Part shown: in pieces, positions 9,577 to 19,953 of the stretch
Position numbering within the stretch: the stretch's first letter is position 1
How the letters are laid out: the number at the start of each line of letters is the position of its first letter
Assembly (NCBI GenBank): GCA_013333845.2
Contig: JABCNZ020000010.1
Span: 1-43,453, forward strand
Length of the DNA stretch: 43,453 nucleotides
Direction of reading: 5' to 3'
Source of the DNA: Candidatus Saccharimonadota bacterium
GTDB taxonomy: Bacteria > Patescibacteriota > Saccharimonadia > Saccharimonadales > Saccharimonadaceae
The notes under the pieces: generated by a model
Told to the model about the DNA's origin: nothing
What the model saw: the letters and a program-made list of their open reading frames with translations, nothing else
The model's database searches: none
Translations under genes and position numbers: made by a program

Positions 9577-10017
9577 TTAGCGGCTGGAGGCGCCATAGCC
9601 GCCAGTAGTAGTACCGCTGCCGCCAATACCGCTACCTGATGGGCTAGGTATAAAATTGCCGATGACGAAATTAACGGCCGCGTAGGCCAGAATTGCCACG
9701 ATTATACCGACTAGCGCATAAAGGATGGTGTTTTTGGCTGATTGAACTTTCGAGGCGTCGCCGCCAGATACGATATATTTTAGCCCGCCGATGATGAGCA
9801 TGATTACAGCAACGGCGCCAACGATGAATAGCAAGACGCTGCTCACTCGTGAAAATACGCCAGACTCACCGAATAAGGTGGTTGGCTGGTCGGCGCCGCG
9901 CGCCGAACTAGCGCCGTCTGCGATTGAGCCGATAGCCGCTACCGGCAGCGGCGATAGCGCAGCAATAGCGATGGTGATTGAAGCTAGGATTCTAATGATA
10001 ATATTAGTGCTTTTCAT
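9577..10017 (-). CDS. TrbC/VirB2-like T4SS pilin 7 (detached from the array, Gly/Ser/Thr-rich tail)
   Basis: IIGGLKYIVSGGDASKVQSAKNTILYALVG; GAAGGA RBS. Confidence 0.82.
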   Translation of the reverse strand: MKSTNIIIRILASITIAIAALSPLPVAAIGSIADGASSARGADQPTTLFGESGVFSRVSSVLLFIVGAVAVIMLIIGGLKYIVSGGDASKVQSAKNTILYALVGIIVAILAYAAVNFVIGNFIPSPSGSGIGGSGTTTGGYGASSR

Positions 10018-10140
10018 AATGATTTTTGAAGTCCTTCTAGTTATTAGTATACATGGTTATCATCAAAAATCTATGCAGCAATGGTAAAATATGCTAAACT
10101 GGTAGCGATTGGAGCTTTACTATTGGTGATAGCTTCGTTC

Positions 10141-10233
10141 GGAGGAGTACCCAAGTGGCTGAAGGGGACGGTTTGCTAAATCGTTAGTACGGGGAGACCT
10201 GTAGCGGGAGTTCGAATCTCCCCTCCTCCGCCA
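10141..10233 (+). tRNA. tRNA-Ser(GCT)
   Basis: ACGGT-TT GCT AA-ATCGT anticodon arm, long variable arm, GTTCGAATC, GCCA end. Confidence 0.95.
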
Positions 10234-10235
10234 AG

Positions 10236-10270
10236 AAAAGTAGAGGCCGTTCGTTGTCCTCTATTTTTTT
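10236..10270 (+). terminator. Terminator after tRNA-Ser(GCT)
   Basis: TAGAGG/CCTCTA stem followed by a T7 run. Confidence 0.6.
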
Positions 10271-10304
10271 GTGGTAATCACTGCAGCCATGATATAATGC
10301 GGTT

Positions 10305-10997
10305 ATGCAAGACGACTCATCGCAAGATTGGCAAAAACCAGCAGAGACAGCTTCTGGGGCGCCTTTTCAAGCGGCTGTTTCAGAAGCAGAGTTAAATACG
10401 AGTGCAGAATCGACCCAGCCAGCTTCAGTTGATGCCGAGGCGGCAGATTCAGCTGCTCCAATTAACATTAATTCAGTAGAGGACAATACTCCAGCATTTG
10501 GCGATGATGCAACGCCAGCGGTCGAGTCTGACGATAGCGAAATTCTTGTGCGCTGGCAAGGCCCAGAGCATCTCTATAGCGAGCGTTCAATGATGTGGTA
10601 TGCAGCTTTGGCGCTAGCGACGCTCATAATGATGGCGATTGCTTATTTTGCGTTTAATTCGCTGACATTCACCATTTTGTTGCCAGTGATGGCGGTGGCG
10701 CTGGGCGTGTACGCGCATCGGCCGCCAGAGATTATTGATTATACCTTGACCCGCAAGGGTCTGTATGTTCGCGACCGGCTAATGCTGTATGATCAGTTTA
10801 AATCGTTTGATGTTGTCACTATCAATAATGTTCATCATATTGCGTTAATTCCGCGCAAGCGCTTCCAATTAGGGCAGAATATTTACTTTCCTGAGGAATC
10901 AGGCGAGAAAATTGTCGACATGCTAGCGGCGCGCCTGCCGATGAAAGAGGTCAAGCCAGATTTTATCGATCGGATACTAGCCAAGCTTCACTTGTGA
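10305..10997 (+). CDS. Conserved CPR membrane protein (acidic disordered N-terminus, 2 TM, possible PH-like C-terminus)
   Basis: VRWQGPEH..ERS..WY, two hydrophobic helices, YDQFKSF; TATAAT 6 nt before ATG. Confidence 0.75.
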   Translation: MQDDSSQDWQKPAETASGAPFQAAVSEAELNTSAESTQPASVDAEAADSAAPININSVEDNTPAFGDDATPAVESDDSEILVRWQGPEHLYSERSMMWYAALALATLIMMAIAYFAFNSLTFTILLPVMAVALGVYAHRPPEIIDYTLTRKGLYVRDRLMLYDQFKSFDVVTINNVHHIALIPRKRFQLGQNIYFPEESGEKIVDMLAARLPMKEVKPDFIDRILAKLHL

Positions 10998-11030
10998 AAA
11001 GTGTTTGAGTATGCTATTATCAGCTAGTTA

Positions 11031-11107
11031 GCACCCGTAGCTCAGCTGGATAGAGCGTTGGTTTGCGGTACCAGAGGTCGTGCGTTCGAATCGCGCCGGG
11101 TGTACCA
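11031..11107 (+). tRNA. tRNA-Arg(GCG)
   Basis: GCACCCG acceptor, TAGCTCAGCTGGATAGAGC D-arm, TTGGT-TT GCG GT-ACCAG, GTTCGAATC, ACCA end. Confidence 0.92.
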
Positions 11108-11235
11108 CGTGTTTTTATACGAGCCTGAATTGGATGGTTCGTGTCTGATGATTGAGAGCGGCTGCCCTGCTGGGCGGGCGCTTTTCGTTTGGCAGACAGT
11201 TGCTATGCTGCTGATGTTTGTGGTTAAATAGAAGT

Positions 11236-11763
11236 ATGACTAATGAGGAATTATCCAATCAGATACAAAAACTGAGTGATATCGTTGCCAGTTTGGCGAA
11301 AACGATGAACGAACGGTTTGAGCAGATCGACAGACGCTTTGCTCAGATTGATAAGCGCTTTGAGCAGATAGACAAGCGCTTTGAAAGAATTGATAGGCGC
11401 TTTACTCAAATAGACAAGAGGTTTGAGCAAATCGATGAACGCTTCGAAAAAAACGACGAGCAGTTTGCACAGATCGACGAACGTTTCAACAGTATTGATG
11501 AACAGCTCGCCGATATTCGCAACGACCATAAAACGTTGGTTGATATCGTGAAAGATATGGATTTGCGAATGGATAAGGGTTTCAATGAGCTAAAAGCTGA
11601 AGACGGCAAAATTCATGCCTAGATTGCTAGTCTGCGACTTGAACTTTACCACGAATCTGGCAGCCGCGAGCTGGTGGACGATACTTTGTATGGTTCGTTA
11701 GACAAGCGCTTGCGCCGACTAGAGGCAAAGTTTCCTGATTTGGCGTCGAGCCAAGCGGTGTGA
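11236..11763 (+). CDS. Heptad-repeat coiled-coil protein (RFEQID repeats) with in-frame TAG at 11620-11622
   Basis: About 8 heptad repeats; the frame continues after the TAG as [10 protein letters not shown]...[20 protein letters not shown] to TGA 11761-11763. Confidence 0.7.
11305..11505 (+). repeat. Degenerate 21-bp coding tandem repeat
   Basis: Encodes [35 protein letters not shown]... units. Confidence 0.8.
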
Positions 11764-11767
11764 TATT

Positions 11768-11857
11768 TGGCGGAGAGACAGGGATTCGAACCCTGGGTAC
11801 GATTGCTCGCACACACGCGTTCCAGGCGTGCACCTTCAACCACTCGGTCACCTCTCC
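11768..11857 (-). tRNA. tRNA-Ser(GGA)
   Basis: Reverse complement GGAGAGGTGACCGAGTGG...CACGC-CT GGA AC-GCGTG...GGTTCGAATCCC...GCCA. Confidence 0.95.
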
Positions 11858-11994
11858 TTCGCTTACAATTCTACCAGAAAACGCCAGAAATATGAATTGC
11901 GCTTTACTCTGCGTCCGACTAATTAAAAATGTAGTATTTTACACAATCTTCATCGGTTGATTTATTAAACGTCACCTGTCTATAATAGATTAAT

Positions 11995-12888
11995 ATGACA
12001 GCGCGAAAGACAGCAAGGCCGATAATTCAACTTAAAAAACTTACAAAAATATACGGTATAGGCGACGCGGCGCACGATGCGCTCGATGAAATTGATCTGA
12101 CCATCCGTGAAGGCGAGTTTATCGCCGTGATGGGGCCGTCCGGCTGCGGCAAGACGACTTTGCTTAATATCATTGGTTTTTTGGATCGGCCTGACCAGGG
12201 CGAATATCTGTTCGAGGAGCACTCGACCGCTCGCCTATCAGAGCGGCAGTATGCCAAAATTCGTTCTAACAAGATTGGTATTGTTTTTCAGAGCTTTAAT
12301 TTAATTAATCGCTTGACGGTGCTGGAAAACGTTGCTTTGCCGCTGATTTACAAAGGTGTACCGCGCGTCAAGCGTCTGGAAATGGCTAGTAGCATTCTAA
12401 AGTCGTTTCATTTGCAGGAGCGCGAATATTACATGCCGTGGCAGCTATCGGGCGGCCAGATGCAGCGCGTGGCGATTGCGCGGGCTTTAGTGAATAAGCC
12501 GAGCATCATTCTAGCCGACGAGCCGACCGGCAACCTCGATAGCCGCTCTAGCCACGTTATTATGGAGGAGCTGGCTAACTTGCACAAAAAAGGCAACACT
12601 ATCGTCATGGTGACTCACAACCCGAATCTGACTAGCTATGCTAGCCGCGTGATTAACATGCTTGACGGCAAGGTTGCTAGCGACCGCCGCGTAACAGTTG
12701 AATCGCATACCGAATCAAAGGAAGTAGCAATCCCGCTGCACAAATCAGACGCTTCTAAAGACAAGAATGACGCAGATGCTAAGAACGCCAAGGATAAGGA
12801 CACTAAAAAAGCCAAAGAAGAAACAAAAGAAGCTACCAAAGATAAGCCTAAAAAGACAGCCAAAAAGAGCGAGGACGACGAAAAATGA
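11995..12888 (+). CDS. ABC transporter ATP-binding protein (MacB/LolD-like) with K/D/E-rich tail
   Basis: [35 protein letters not shown]. Confidence 0.93.
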   Translation: MTARKTARPIIQLKKLTKIYGIGDAAHDALDEIDLTIREGEFIAVMGPSGCGKTTLLNIIGFLDRPDQGEYLFEEHSTARLSERQYAKIRSNKIGIVFQSFNLINRLTVLENVALPLIYKGVPRVKRLEMASSILKSFHLQEREYYMPWQLSGGQMQRVAIARALVNKPSIILADEPTGNLDSRSSHVIMEELANLHKKGNTIVMVTHNPNLTSYASRVINMLDGKVASDRRVTVESHTESKEVAIPLHKSDASKDKNDADAKNAKDKDTKKAKEETKEATKDKPKKTAKKSEDDEK

Positions 12889-14114
12889 GGTTAATGACAG
12901 TTGAACACATCACCGATGCTTATCAAACATTGCGGCGCAGCCGCGCGCGTACGGTACTGACAGCGCTGGGTATTGCTATCGGCGTGGCTAGTGTGACGTG
13001 TATTTTGGCGATTAGCGACGGTGCTCGCGGAATGATCTCTAACCAAGTCAATACCTATGACGGCAAGCTAATGATCGTCCGTCCGGGCGCGCAGACGCGC
13101 GATTTGAATGCCTATCTCAACCCAGCCGGGCAGCAGTTATTCGGCACCAGTTCGTTGACCGAGGCTGATATCGAGGCCGCTAAGTCAATTGACGGTATCG
13201 ACGCGGTGGTGCCGCTAATGATTTTGAATGCTACCGCTAAAACCTCTCGAGCTGAGGCGGCTAATAATGTTGTACTTTCTACTACTCCTGCGTTTATCAA
13301 GACGGCAGATATCAAAATGAACGCCGGCCAGTTCCTCGGCGAAGAAACTGACGATTCGGCAGTGGTGATCGGCAGCGAGTTGTCAACTAAACTATTCAAC
13401 ACTGATCGTTCGGTTGGTCAGATGTTAACGATGTACGGCCAGCAGTTTACGGTTATCGGCGTTGTCAAGACTGGCGCTAACCCGGTTAACTATAATACCG
13501 TTGATTACGGTAATGCGATTTTTGTCTCTTATAATCAAGGTAAATTGCTGCACAAAGGCAGTACGCAGATTCAACAAATTAACGTTCTGGCAAAGGACAA
13601 GGATAATGTCTCGGCTGTTAAAGATAAATTGAAAGAGAAAATTCTCAAACAACACCTAGGCGAAGCCAACTTTACTATTCTAAGTGGTGCTGATATTGGC
13701 CGGCCGACTGGCGAATTGTTTAGTGCCTTAACAGCGGTGATGGCGGCCATTGCAGCGATTTCGCTGGTAGTGGGCGGCGTCGGTATCATGAATATCATGC
13801 TGGTTGGCGTGGCTGAGCGCACCCGCGAAATCGGCATCCGCAAAGCAGTTGGCGCTAGCCAGCGGACAATTATCGGGCAATTTTTAGTCGAGTCGCTGAT
13901 GATTAGCCTGCTGGGCGGCACTTGTGGTTATCTGGTTGGTTGTTTGTTAGCTGTGATTATTAGTTCGCAAATGAGCTTTGGGCCGACAATGACCTGGTCA
14001 ACGGCGATTGCGGCGTTGTTGATGGCGGTTGGTTCTGGCGTAATTTTCGGTACTTACCCTGCCCTGAAAGCGGCGCGCAAGAATACTATTGAATCGCTGC
14101 GGCAATACCACTAG
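12885..14114 (+). CDS. ABC transporter permease (MacB/FtsX family)
   Basis: LTALGIAIGVASV; GGVGIMNIMLVGVAERTREIGIRKAVGA. Confidence 0.93.
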   Translation: MRLMTVEHITDAYQTLRRSRARTVLTALGIAIGVASVTCILAISDGARGMISNQVNTYDGKLMIVRPGAQTRDLNAYLNPAGQQLFGTSSLTEADIEAAKSIDGIDAVVPLMILNATAKTSRAEAANNVVLSTTPAFIKTADIKMNAGQFLGEETDDSAVVIGSELSTKLFNTDRSVGQMLTMYGQQFTVIGVVKTGANPVNYNTVDYGNAIFVSYNQGKLLHKGSTQIQQINVLAKDKDNVSAVKDKLKEKILKQHLGEANFTILSGADIGRPTGELFSALTAVMAAIAAISLVVGGVGIMNIMLVGVAERTREIGIRKAVGASQRTIIGQFLVESLMISLLGGTCGYLVGCLLAVIISSQMSFGPTMTWSTAIAALLMAVGSGVIFGTYPALKAARKNTIESLRQYH

Positions 14115-14140
14115 AGCCCGAATTTCTACCGATAGACGAT

Positions 14141-14180
14141 AAATAAAATAGACAGCGCTTATTCTGTCTATTTCATTTTT
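14141..14180. terminator. Bidirectional terminator between convergent genes
   Basis: AAATAGACAG/CTGTCTATTT inverted repeat with A/T flanks. Confidence 0.65.
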
Positions 14181-14198
14181 ACTTATCTCCACGCGCGT

Positions 14199-15242
14199 TT
14201 ATTTTTCGAGGGCTTTTTTGAACTTTTCAATCAAATTAACCTGGGTCGGGTCGACATTATTGAGAATTGCCACATAAATACTGGCAAAATCTGCTAGAAT
14301 ACAACCCCACAGCATCTGCTGCAGCGGTGTTTTGCCTGCGAGCGGTACCACGTTTGATTTCGGGCGTTTGCCAGATAGCATCTGATCGCTGAGCGAGAAG
14401 CGTTTGAGAATGCGCGGGTGCTCAAGATCGCTTAGCAAATCAAATACCGCGAAAGGCTTCTCGACTGGGTGGCTAGTCCAGCCAATAAATTCGTTGTGGC
14501 TGAATTCTGGCAAATAGTTGTAGAAAGCGACATTTTTAGCATTTTCGTTCCAACTAATTTTCCACTTATAAGCTAGCGGCGCCATCAAACTACCGCCGTA
14601 GAAAACCGGCGTTTTGCCGACAGCGATTAAGGCCAGCTGCTTGGCGTAGTTTTGCTTGGTCGGTACATCTTTGGTCCAAAGCGCGCTTTCCTTCTCTAGC
14701 CAAGCACTAGTAGCTGCTAGTTCGTCAATGTAGGTGCGGTCAATCAACTTGAAAGCATTAAGCACCTCAAATAGCGCTCGCAGCGAATAAATAACGGCCA
14801 TGCGCGGCTGGCAATCTTTGGGAATGAGTGCTGATAGGATATGTTCTCGTTGAGCAATCTCGTTAAGTTCTCCGCCAGTAGCAATGATAGCAATTTGGCA
14901 GCCGTGTTCAATCGCCTGCTTGAGGCATGATAGAGTTTCCTCGGTGTTACCAGAGTGGCTGCTAGCGATAACTAAGGTATTGCGATCGGCGTAATGCGGC
15001 AAACCGTAGTCCTTGACGACGTCGAACGGAATTGATAGCGTGTCGTTGAGCAGCGACTTAGCGAGGTCGGCCGCTAGCGCCGAGCCGCCCATGCCAGCGA
15101 CGATGATGTTGCGCAGCTCGCGGCCGTCGTGCTCGGCATCGCGTAGTTGGCAGTCAAAATTTGCCTGTTGATAAAGTTTAGCCGCAACTTCGAGAGCACC
15201 TCCGTTGTCTCTTTGCTTCAAAATATTAGAGTCATCTAGCAT
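14199..15242 (-). CDS. Bifunctional phosphoglucose/phosphomannose isomerase (SIS domain)
   Basis: GMGGSAL, SSHSGNTEET, NENAK, LPEFSHNE. Confidence 0.9.
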   Translation of the reverse strand: MLDDSNILKQRDNGGALEVAAKLYQQANFDCQLRDAEHDGRELRNIIVAGMGGSALAADLAKSLLNDTLSIPFDVVKDYGLPHYADRNTLVIASSHSGNTEETLSCLKQAIEHGCQIAIIATGGELNEIAQREHILSALIPKDCQPRMAVIYSLRALFEVLNAFKLIDRTYIDELAATSAWLEKESALWTKDVPTKQNYAKQLALIAVGKTPVFYGGSLMAPLAYKWKISWNENAKNVAFYNYLPEFSHNEFIGWTSHPVEKPFAVFDLLSDLEHPRILKRFSLSDQMLSGKRPKSNVVPLAGKTPLQQMLWGCILADFASIYVAILNNVDPTQVNLIEKFKKALEK

Positions 15243-15331
15243 GTAAAATCACCTTTCTCTTGCGATATTTCCTATAACTATGATACAGTATATACTAAAT
15301 AAAGCATAAAAGTAATGAAGAGGGTGGGCAC

Positions 15332-15793
15332 ATGGATATAAAACCGCAAACAACGCAGCCAATTAGCGACGATCAGGATCTCGCTAAGGTTTTGGCTGGC
15401 GTAAGTAACGGCGCGAGCGTAACGAGCGCACAACCAGCAGCACAATTGCCGCCGCTGCCTGATTTGCCGCCAGAGCCAGCGCCGGAGCCAGAACCAGTTG
15501 CACAGCCAAAACCGGCTAAAACATCAGCTACAGTTACGCCAGTTGCTGACAACGATCTTGATAATGTCAAGAACGAAGCCATCAAAGAGCTTCGACCGCT
15601 GGTAGATAAGCTCAACATCTCTGCCGAAGAAAAATTTGACACTTATCTGCTATTGATTCGCTCGACGGACGACAAAACCTTGATTGCGCCAGCGCATGAG
15701 GCCGCCAAAAATATTGCTGATGAATCTCGCCGCGCTCAGGCTTTGCTTGATGTCATTAAAGAGATTGATTTCTTATCAAACCCGCAGCCGTAA
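15332..15793 (+). CDS. Hypothetical protein (Pro-rich linker, helical C-terminal domain)
   Basis: 153-aa ORF with GAGGG RBS. Confidence 0.75.
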   Translation: MDIKPQTTQPISDDQDLAKVLAGVSNGASVTSAQPAAQLPPLPDLPPEPAPEPEPVAQPKPAKTSATVTPVADNDLDNVKNEAIKELRPLVDKLNISAEEKFDTYLLLIRSTDDKTLIAPAHEAAKNIADESRRAQALLDVIKEIDFLSNPQP

Positions 15794-15861
15794 TAGATTT
15801 TCTCTGTTAATCACGCGATAACACCTCCGCAAGCCCTCCTCGGAGGTGTTATACTATAGTT

Positions 15862-16893
15862 ATGACTATTCGTTTTGCAACTGATGATGAAATCAACCGC
15901 TGGGATAATCTAGTGGTTCATAATAGCGATCGCGGCAATATGCTGCAAGGGTCGGTTTTTTTAAATTTGAAGCGGCTAGCCAACTGGCGGCCGCGTTTTA
16001 TTATCTGCGGCGAGTTAGCAATTGGCGCTATTGAAAAGCATATTCCCCTATTCGGTAAAGTATGGTATATCCCGAAAGGTCCGGGCGTAGCAACCGCTAG
16101 CGAGTTAGCTTCAATAGTGCCGGTGCTGCGCGATTTTGCTCGCCAGCAAGGCGTTTTTACTATCAAAATTGAGCCGGAATTACTGCGTGGCACCGATATT
16201 TCCGCGATTGAACTATTGCCTACTCGGCCGATTCAATATAATGCCTCGACCGTGATAGTCGATTTACATAGTGATCTTGATACAATCCTTAAGGATCTGC
16301 CGCAAAAGGGCCGCCACGCTATTCGCCGCGCTGATCGCGACGGTGTTATCATCAAGCGGGTGCCAGTCAATGATGAAACTTGCCAGGCGATGTATGATTT
16401 GTTCAAAGAAACGGCCGATGGCGCTGGCTTTACGATTCGTTCGCCGCAATACTACCGCGAATTCTACCAGCAATACGCTGATGCCAACCAAGGCCAGCTA
16501 TTTTTTGCCTATTATCAAGATCAGCTGGTGGCTGGTGCTTTTGCGGTGATTCTAGGTACCAAAAGTACTTACAAAGACGGTGCTTCGGTTCGCAAACGTA
16601 CGGCCTACGGCGCTAGCCACCGCCTGCAATGGGAAGTAATCAAATGGGCTAAAGAGCACGGCTCGCTCGAACACGACCTCTGCGGTACGCCAGCTTCCGA
16701 TGAAATGAGTAACCCGAATCATCCGCGCTATGGCCTGGGGCGCTTCAAAACTAGCTTCAATAAGCATATCACTGACTATATTGGCGCTTTCGAGATTCCA
16801 GTTTCGCCTATTAAGTCGCGGCTTTGGAGTAAATATATTGAACGATTAGTGCGCCGATTATACTTCATGCGTCATCATGAGTCATACTATTAA
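15862..16893 (+). CDS. FemAB/FemX family peptidoglycan bridge aminoacyltransferase
   Basis: YIPKGP, IKIEP, RHAIRRA, LQWEVIKWAK, GLGRFKTSF. Confidence 0.88.
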   Translation: MTIRFATDDEINRWDNLVVHNSDRGNMLQGSVFLNLKRLANWRPRFIICGELAIGAIEKHIPLFGKVWYIPKGPGVATASELASIVPVLRDFARQQGVFTIKIEPELLRGTDISAIELLPTRPIQYNASTVIVDLHSDLDTILKDLPQKGRHAIRRADRDGVIIKRVPVNDETCQAMYDLFKETADGAGFTIRSPQYYREFYQQYADANQGQLFFAYYQDQLVAGAFAVILGTKSTYKDGASVRKRTAYGASHRLQWEVIKWAKEHGSLEHDLCGTPASDEMSNPNHPRYGLGRFKTSFNKHITDYIGAFEIPVSPIKSRLWSKYIERLVRRLYFMRHHESYY

Positions 16894-16916
16894 GCCGCTT
16901 AGAAGCACTCTCAGCC

Positions 16917-18215
16917 CTAATCGTCGCTACTTAGCTTTTTCAAAATAGCTTGCCGCACTGTTTCGATTTCGTTCCAAGGGTGAGCTCCGTCGGCGCGTTC
17001 AATAGTTTTTTCGTGTCCTTTACCCAGGAATATAACAGTATCTTTCGAGCTGGACACTCGCGAGACGGCGAAATTAATGGCCGCAGTGCGGTCTGGTACT
17101 AGGAAGAGATTTTCCTCACGTTTTTTGCCGGCTTTTTCGGCGCCTGAGGCGATTTGCGATAGGATGGTATTGCCATTGATATCGCGATCGTCTTCCTCGG
17201 TTAAGACAATTTCATCGGCGTATTTGCCAGCGATTTCGCCCTGAATGGCGCGTTTAGTTTCGTCGCGGCGGCCAGCCGAGCCGAACAATACCACTAGCTT
17301 GCCTTTTGTTGTATTTCTAACATCATTTAGCAACCGTTCGAACGAGTCTGGCGTGTGCGCAAAATCGACAATCGCCGAGAACGGTTGCCCAGCGTCGACC
17401 ACTGTCATGCGGCCTTCTACGCCCGCTAAAGCGGCAATTCCCTGTTCAATTTGGGTTTTGGTTAAGCCAACCTCGCGGCCAACAGTAGCCGCCGCTAGGC
17501 TATTATAAACATTGAATTCGCCTGGAATATTAACATGAATGTGGTAAGAATCGCCATCAATTAATGCTATGTAATCACTGCCGTGGGCGCTCAAATTGAT
17601 ATCTTGCGCCCGCCAATCGCCAGATTTGAGGCCGTAGCTGACCGATTGTTTGACGACTTGGCGGAAAGTTTCAGCGGACGGATCGTCGGCGTTAATGACA
17701 CCAACGCGGCTGGCTAGTTTAAATAGTTTGGTTTTGGCAGCCAAATAGCGCTCAAAAGTTCTGTGATAGTCGAGGTGTTCGTGCGTAACGTTAGTCATGA
17801 CGGCAATCTCGATTGGCACGCCAAAGGTACGGTGCTGGGCTAGCGCGTGGCTAGTTACTTCCAAAACTACCCATTCGACATTTTGTTTCTTGAATTCTGC
17901 TAATCGTTTTTGTAGCAGCGGCGCTGAAACTGTTGTCATATGAGCAACTTGCGGCGTAATATCATTGCCGACACCGTAAGCGACAGTAGTCATCAACCCT
18001 GCTTTGATGCCAGCTTCAGTTAGCATTTTGTGGATCATGAAGCAGGTCGAGGTTTTGCCATTGGTGCCAGTCACGCCGATGACGCGCATATTGTGCGCTG
18101 GATAACCAGCTTTGGTAGCAGCGGCAGTAGCTGTCAATAGATGATAAGTTGGCTCAATTGATTGGTATAAACTAGCGGGAATGGCCTTTTTCAAAGTTTT
18201 CTTGAGTGAATTCAT
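16917..18215 (-). CDS. murE: UDP-MurNAc-tripeptide synthetase (MurE-like Mur ligase)
   Basis: GVTGTNGKTS, LEVTSH, EHLDYH, DFAHTPD, GKGHE; start MNSLKK 6 nt after TATAAT. Confidence 0.9.
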   Translation of the reverse strand: MNSLKKTLKKAIPASLYQSIEPTYHLLTATAAATKAGYPAHNMRVIGVTGTNGKTSTCFMIHKMLTEAGIKAGLMTTVAYGVGNDITPQVAHMTTVSAPLLQKRLAEFKKQNVEWVVLEVTSHALAQHRTFGVPIEIAVMTNVTHEHLDYHRTFERYLAAKTKLFKLASRVGVINADDPSAETFRQVVKQSVSYGLKSGDWRAQDINLSAHGSDYIALIDGDSYHIHVNIPGEFNVYNSLAAATVGREVGLTKTQIEQGIAALAGVEGRMTVVDAGQPFSAIVDFAHTPDSFERLLNDVRNTTKGKLVVLFGSAGRRDETKRAIQGEIAGKYADEIVLTEEDDRDINGNTILSQIASGAEKAGKKREENLFLVPDRTAAINFAVSRVSSSKDTVIFLGKGHEKTIERADGAHPWNEIETVRQAILKKLSSDD

Positions 18216-18261
18216 ACCGATATTATAGCATCGACCTCTTGGCGGTGGTACAATTAAGTAG

Positions 18262-19359
18262 ATGAAGGTTTTGGGAATTGAATCAAGCTGCGATGAAACC
18301 GCGGCAGCTATAGTTGAGGACGGTTTTCGGATGTTGTCAAATGTGGTGCAATCGCAGATTGACATTCACGCGCATTTTGGCGGCGTCGTACCCGAAATTG
18401 CGGCGCGCAGCCATATCGAGGCCATCGGCCCAGTCGTCGATGAAGCTCTCGCTCAAGCGGATTGTACTTGGGACGACATTGATGCTATCGCCGTGACCTA
18501 CGCGCCAGGTTTAATTGGTTCGCTGCTAATCGGTTCGCTGGCAGCGCGAACGTTAGCAATTTTACATCGCAAACCGCTCTACCCGGTGCATCACGTCGAG
18601 GGACATGTCTACGCCAATTTTATTACCGAGCAAGCGCCCGGGCCTATTCAGCTTGCCTTACCGAAATCTCAGCCGCGCTTTCCTCTTTTGGCCTTGATTG
18701 TCTCGGGCGGACATACGCAGCTGGTACTCTTTCGCGACCACGGTGATTATCAACTGCTGGGGCAAACCCAAGACGACGCTGTCGGCGAAGCTTTTGACAA
18801 GGTGGCCAAAATTCTCGGCTTGCCCTACCCTGGCGGCCCGTCGATTGCGCGCGCGGCCGAGTCGGGTAATCCTGATAAATACCATTTACCCAAAGCTAAG
18901 CTCGATAATCCGTACAATTTTTCGTTCTCAGGCCTCAAGACAGCCGTTCTAAGGGCCGTGCAGCGCGAAGTGGGCAAAGACTTCACTTTTCCATCGCACG
19001 AGCTCCCAGGGCTTGTCACGAGCTCGCAGCAGCACGATTTTGCAGCTAGTTTCCAGAAAGTAGCCGTCGAGACGCTAGTTGAGCGTACCTTGCGTGCTTT
19101 TCAGGACTTTCAGCCGCAATCGGTAGTGATTGCTGGCGGCGTGGCTGCTAATCAAGAACTGCGCCGCCAACTGCGCCAGAAACTACCGATTAACATTGAG
19201 TACGCGCCGATTCAGCTGTGTACTGATAATGCGGCAATGATTGCGGCGCTAGGCTATCAGCAGGCGCGGTTAAGTAGCCCGGCTGATCCGTATACTCTCG
19301 AGGTGGTTCCTAGCCTGTCAATGGTCAAAACTGCCTGGAATAAGACCGGAGCGTTGTAA
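18262..19359 (+). CDS. tsaD: tRNA N6-adenosine threonylcarbamoyltransferase
   Basis: GIESSCDET, GGVVPEIAAR, HHVEGH, SGGHT, DDAVGEAFDK, CTDNAAMI. Confidence 0.97.
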   Translation: MKVLGIESSCDETAAAIVEDGFRMLSNVVQSQIDIHAHFGGVVPEIAARSHIEAIGPVVDEALAQADCTWDDIDAIAVTYAPGLIGSLLIGSLAARTLAILHRKPLYPVHHVEGHVYANFITEQAPGPIQLALPKSQPRFPLLALIVSGGHTQLVLFRDHGDYQLLGQTQDDAVGEAFDKVAKILGLPYPGGPSIARAAESGNPDKYHLPKAKLDNPYNFSFSGLKTAVLRAVQREVGKDFTFPSHELPGLVTSSQQHDFAASFQKVAVETLVERTLRAFQDFQPQSVVIAGGVAANQELRRQLRQKLPINIEYAPIQLCTDNAAMIAALGYQQARLSSPADPYTLEVVPSLSMVKTAWNKTGAL

Positions 19360-19953
19360 ATGCCACAACTACTTACCTCTGTTGATAATGATGAGTTGAT
19401 CAATATTTTGAATGGCGGCGGTATTGGCGTACTGCCTACCGACACAGTTTATGGTCTTGTAGCACGGGCCACTGATCCAGCAGCAATCCAAAAAATGTAT
19501 GACACCAAGAAACGCGCTAGCCAACCAGGAACGCTAATCGCTAGTTCAATTAATGATTTGGCGAAATTAGGGCTAGACTCTAATCAGCTATCATTAGCAG
19601 CTAAGTTTTGGCCTGGTCAAATCAGCGTGGTTGTTAATGCCGATAATGTCGCTACTTATCTCAAGCAAACGCGAGATAACTTAGCTGTGCGCATTCCCGA
19701 CGACCCTTCGCTGTCGCGACTTTTGGCGCGGACTGGTCCGCTGATGACTACTAGCGCTAATGTGCCAGGCCGGCCAATTTCGTCGACAATTGCTGAGGCT
19801 AAAGCCTATTTTGGCGACAAGGTTGATTTTTATGTCGATGGCGGCACTATAACTAATAATCAGCCGTCAACCATTATCGGCCTTGATGAGCATGCAAATA
19901 TCGTTATATTTCGTCGCGGGGCTGTTGATATTGATCGGTTATTTACCAAGTAA
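19360..19953 (+). CDS. tsaC: L-threonylcarbamoyladenylate synthase (YrdC/Sua5)
   Basis: PTDTVYGL, FWPG, AVRIP, TTSAN. Confidence 0.92.
   Translation: MPQLLTSVDNDELINILNGGGIGVLPTDTVYGLVARATDPAAIQKMYDTKKRASQPGTLIASSINDLAKLGLDSNQLSLAAKFWPGQISVVVNADNVATYLKQTRDNLAVRIPDDPSLSRLLARTGPLMTTSANVPGRPISSTIAEAKAYFGDKVDFYVDGGTITNNQPSTIIGLDEHANIVIFRRGAVDIDRLFTK

Noticed and set aside
11305..11505. CRISPR array
   Set aside because: The repeats are contiguous 21-bp coding units with synonymous variation, with no spacers and no cas genes.
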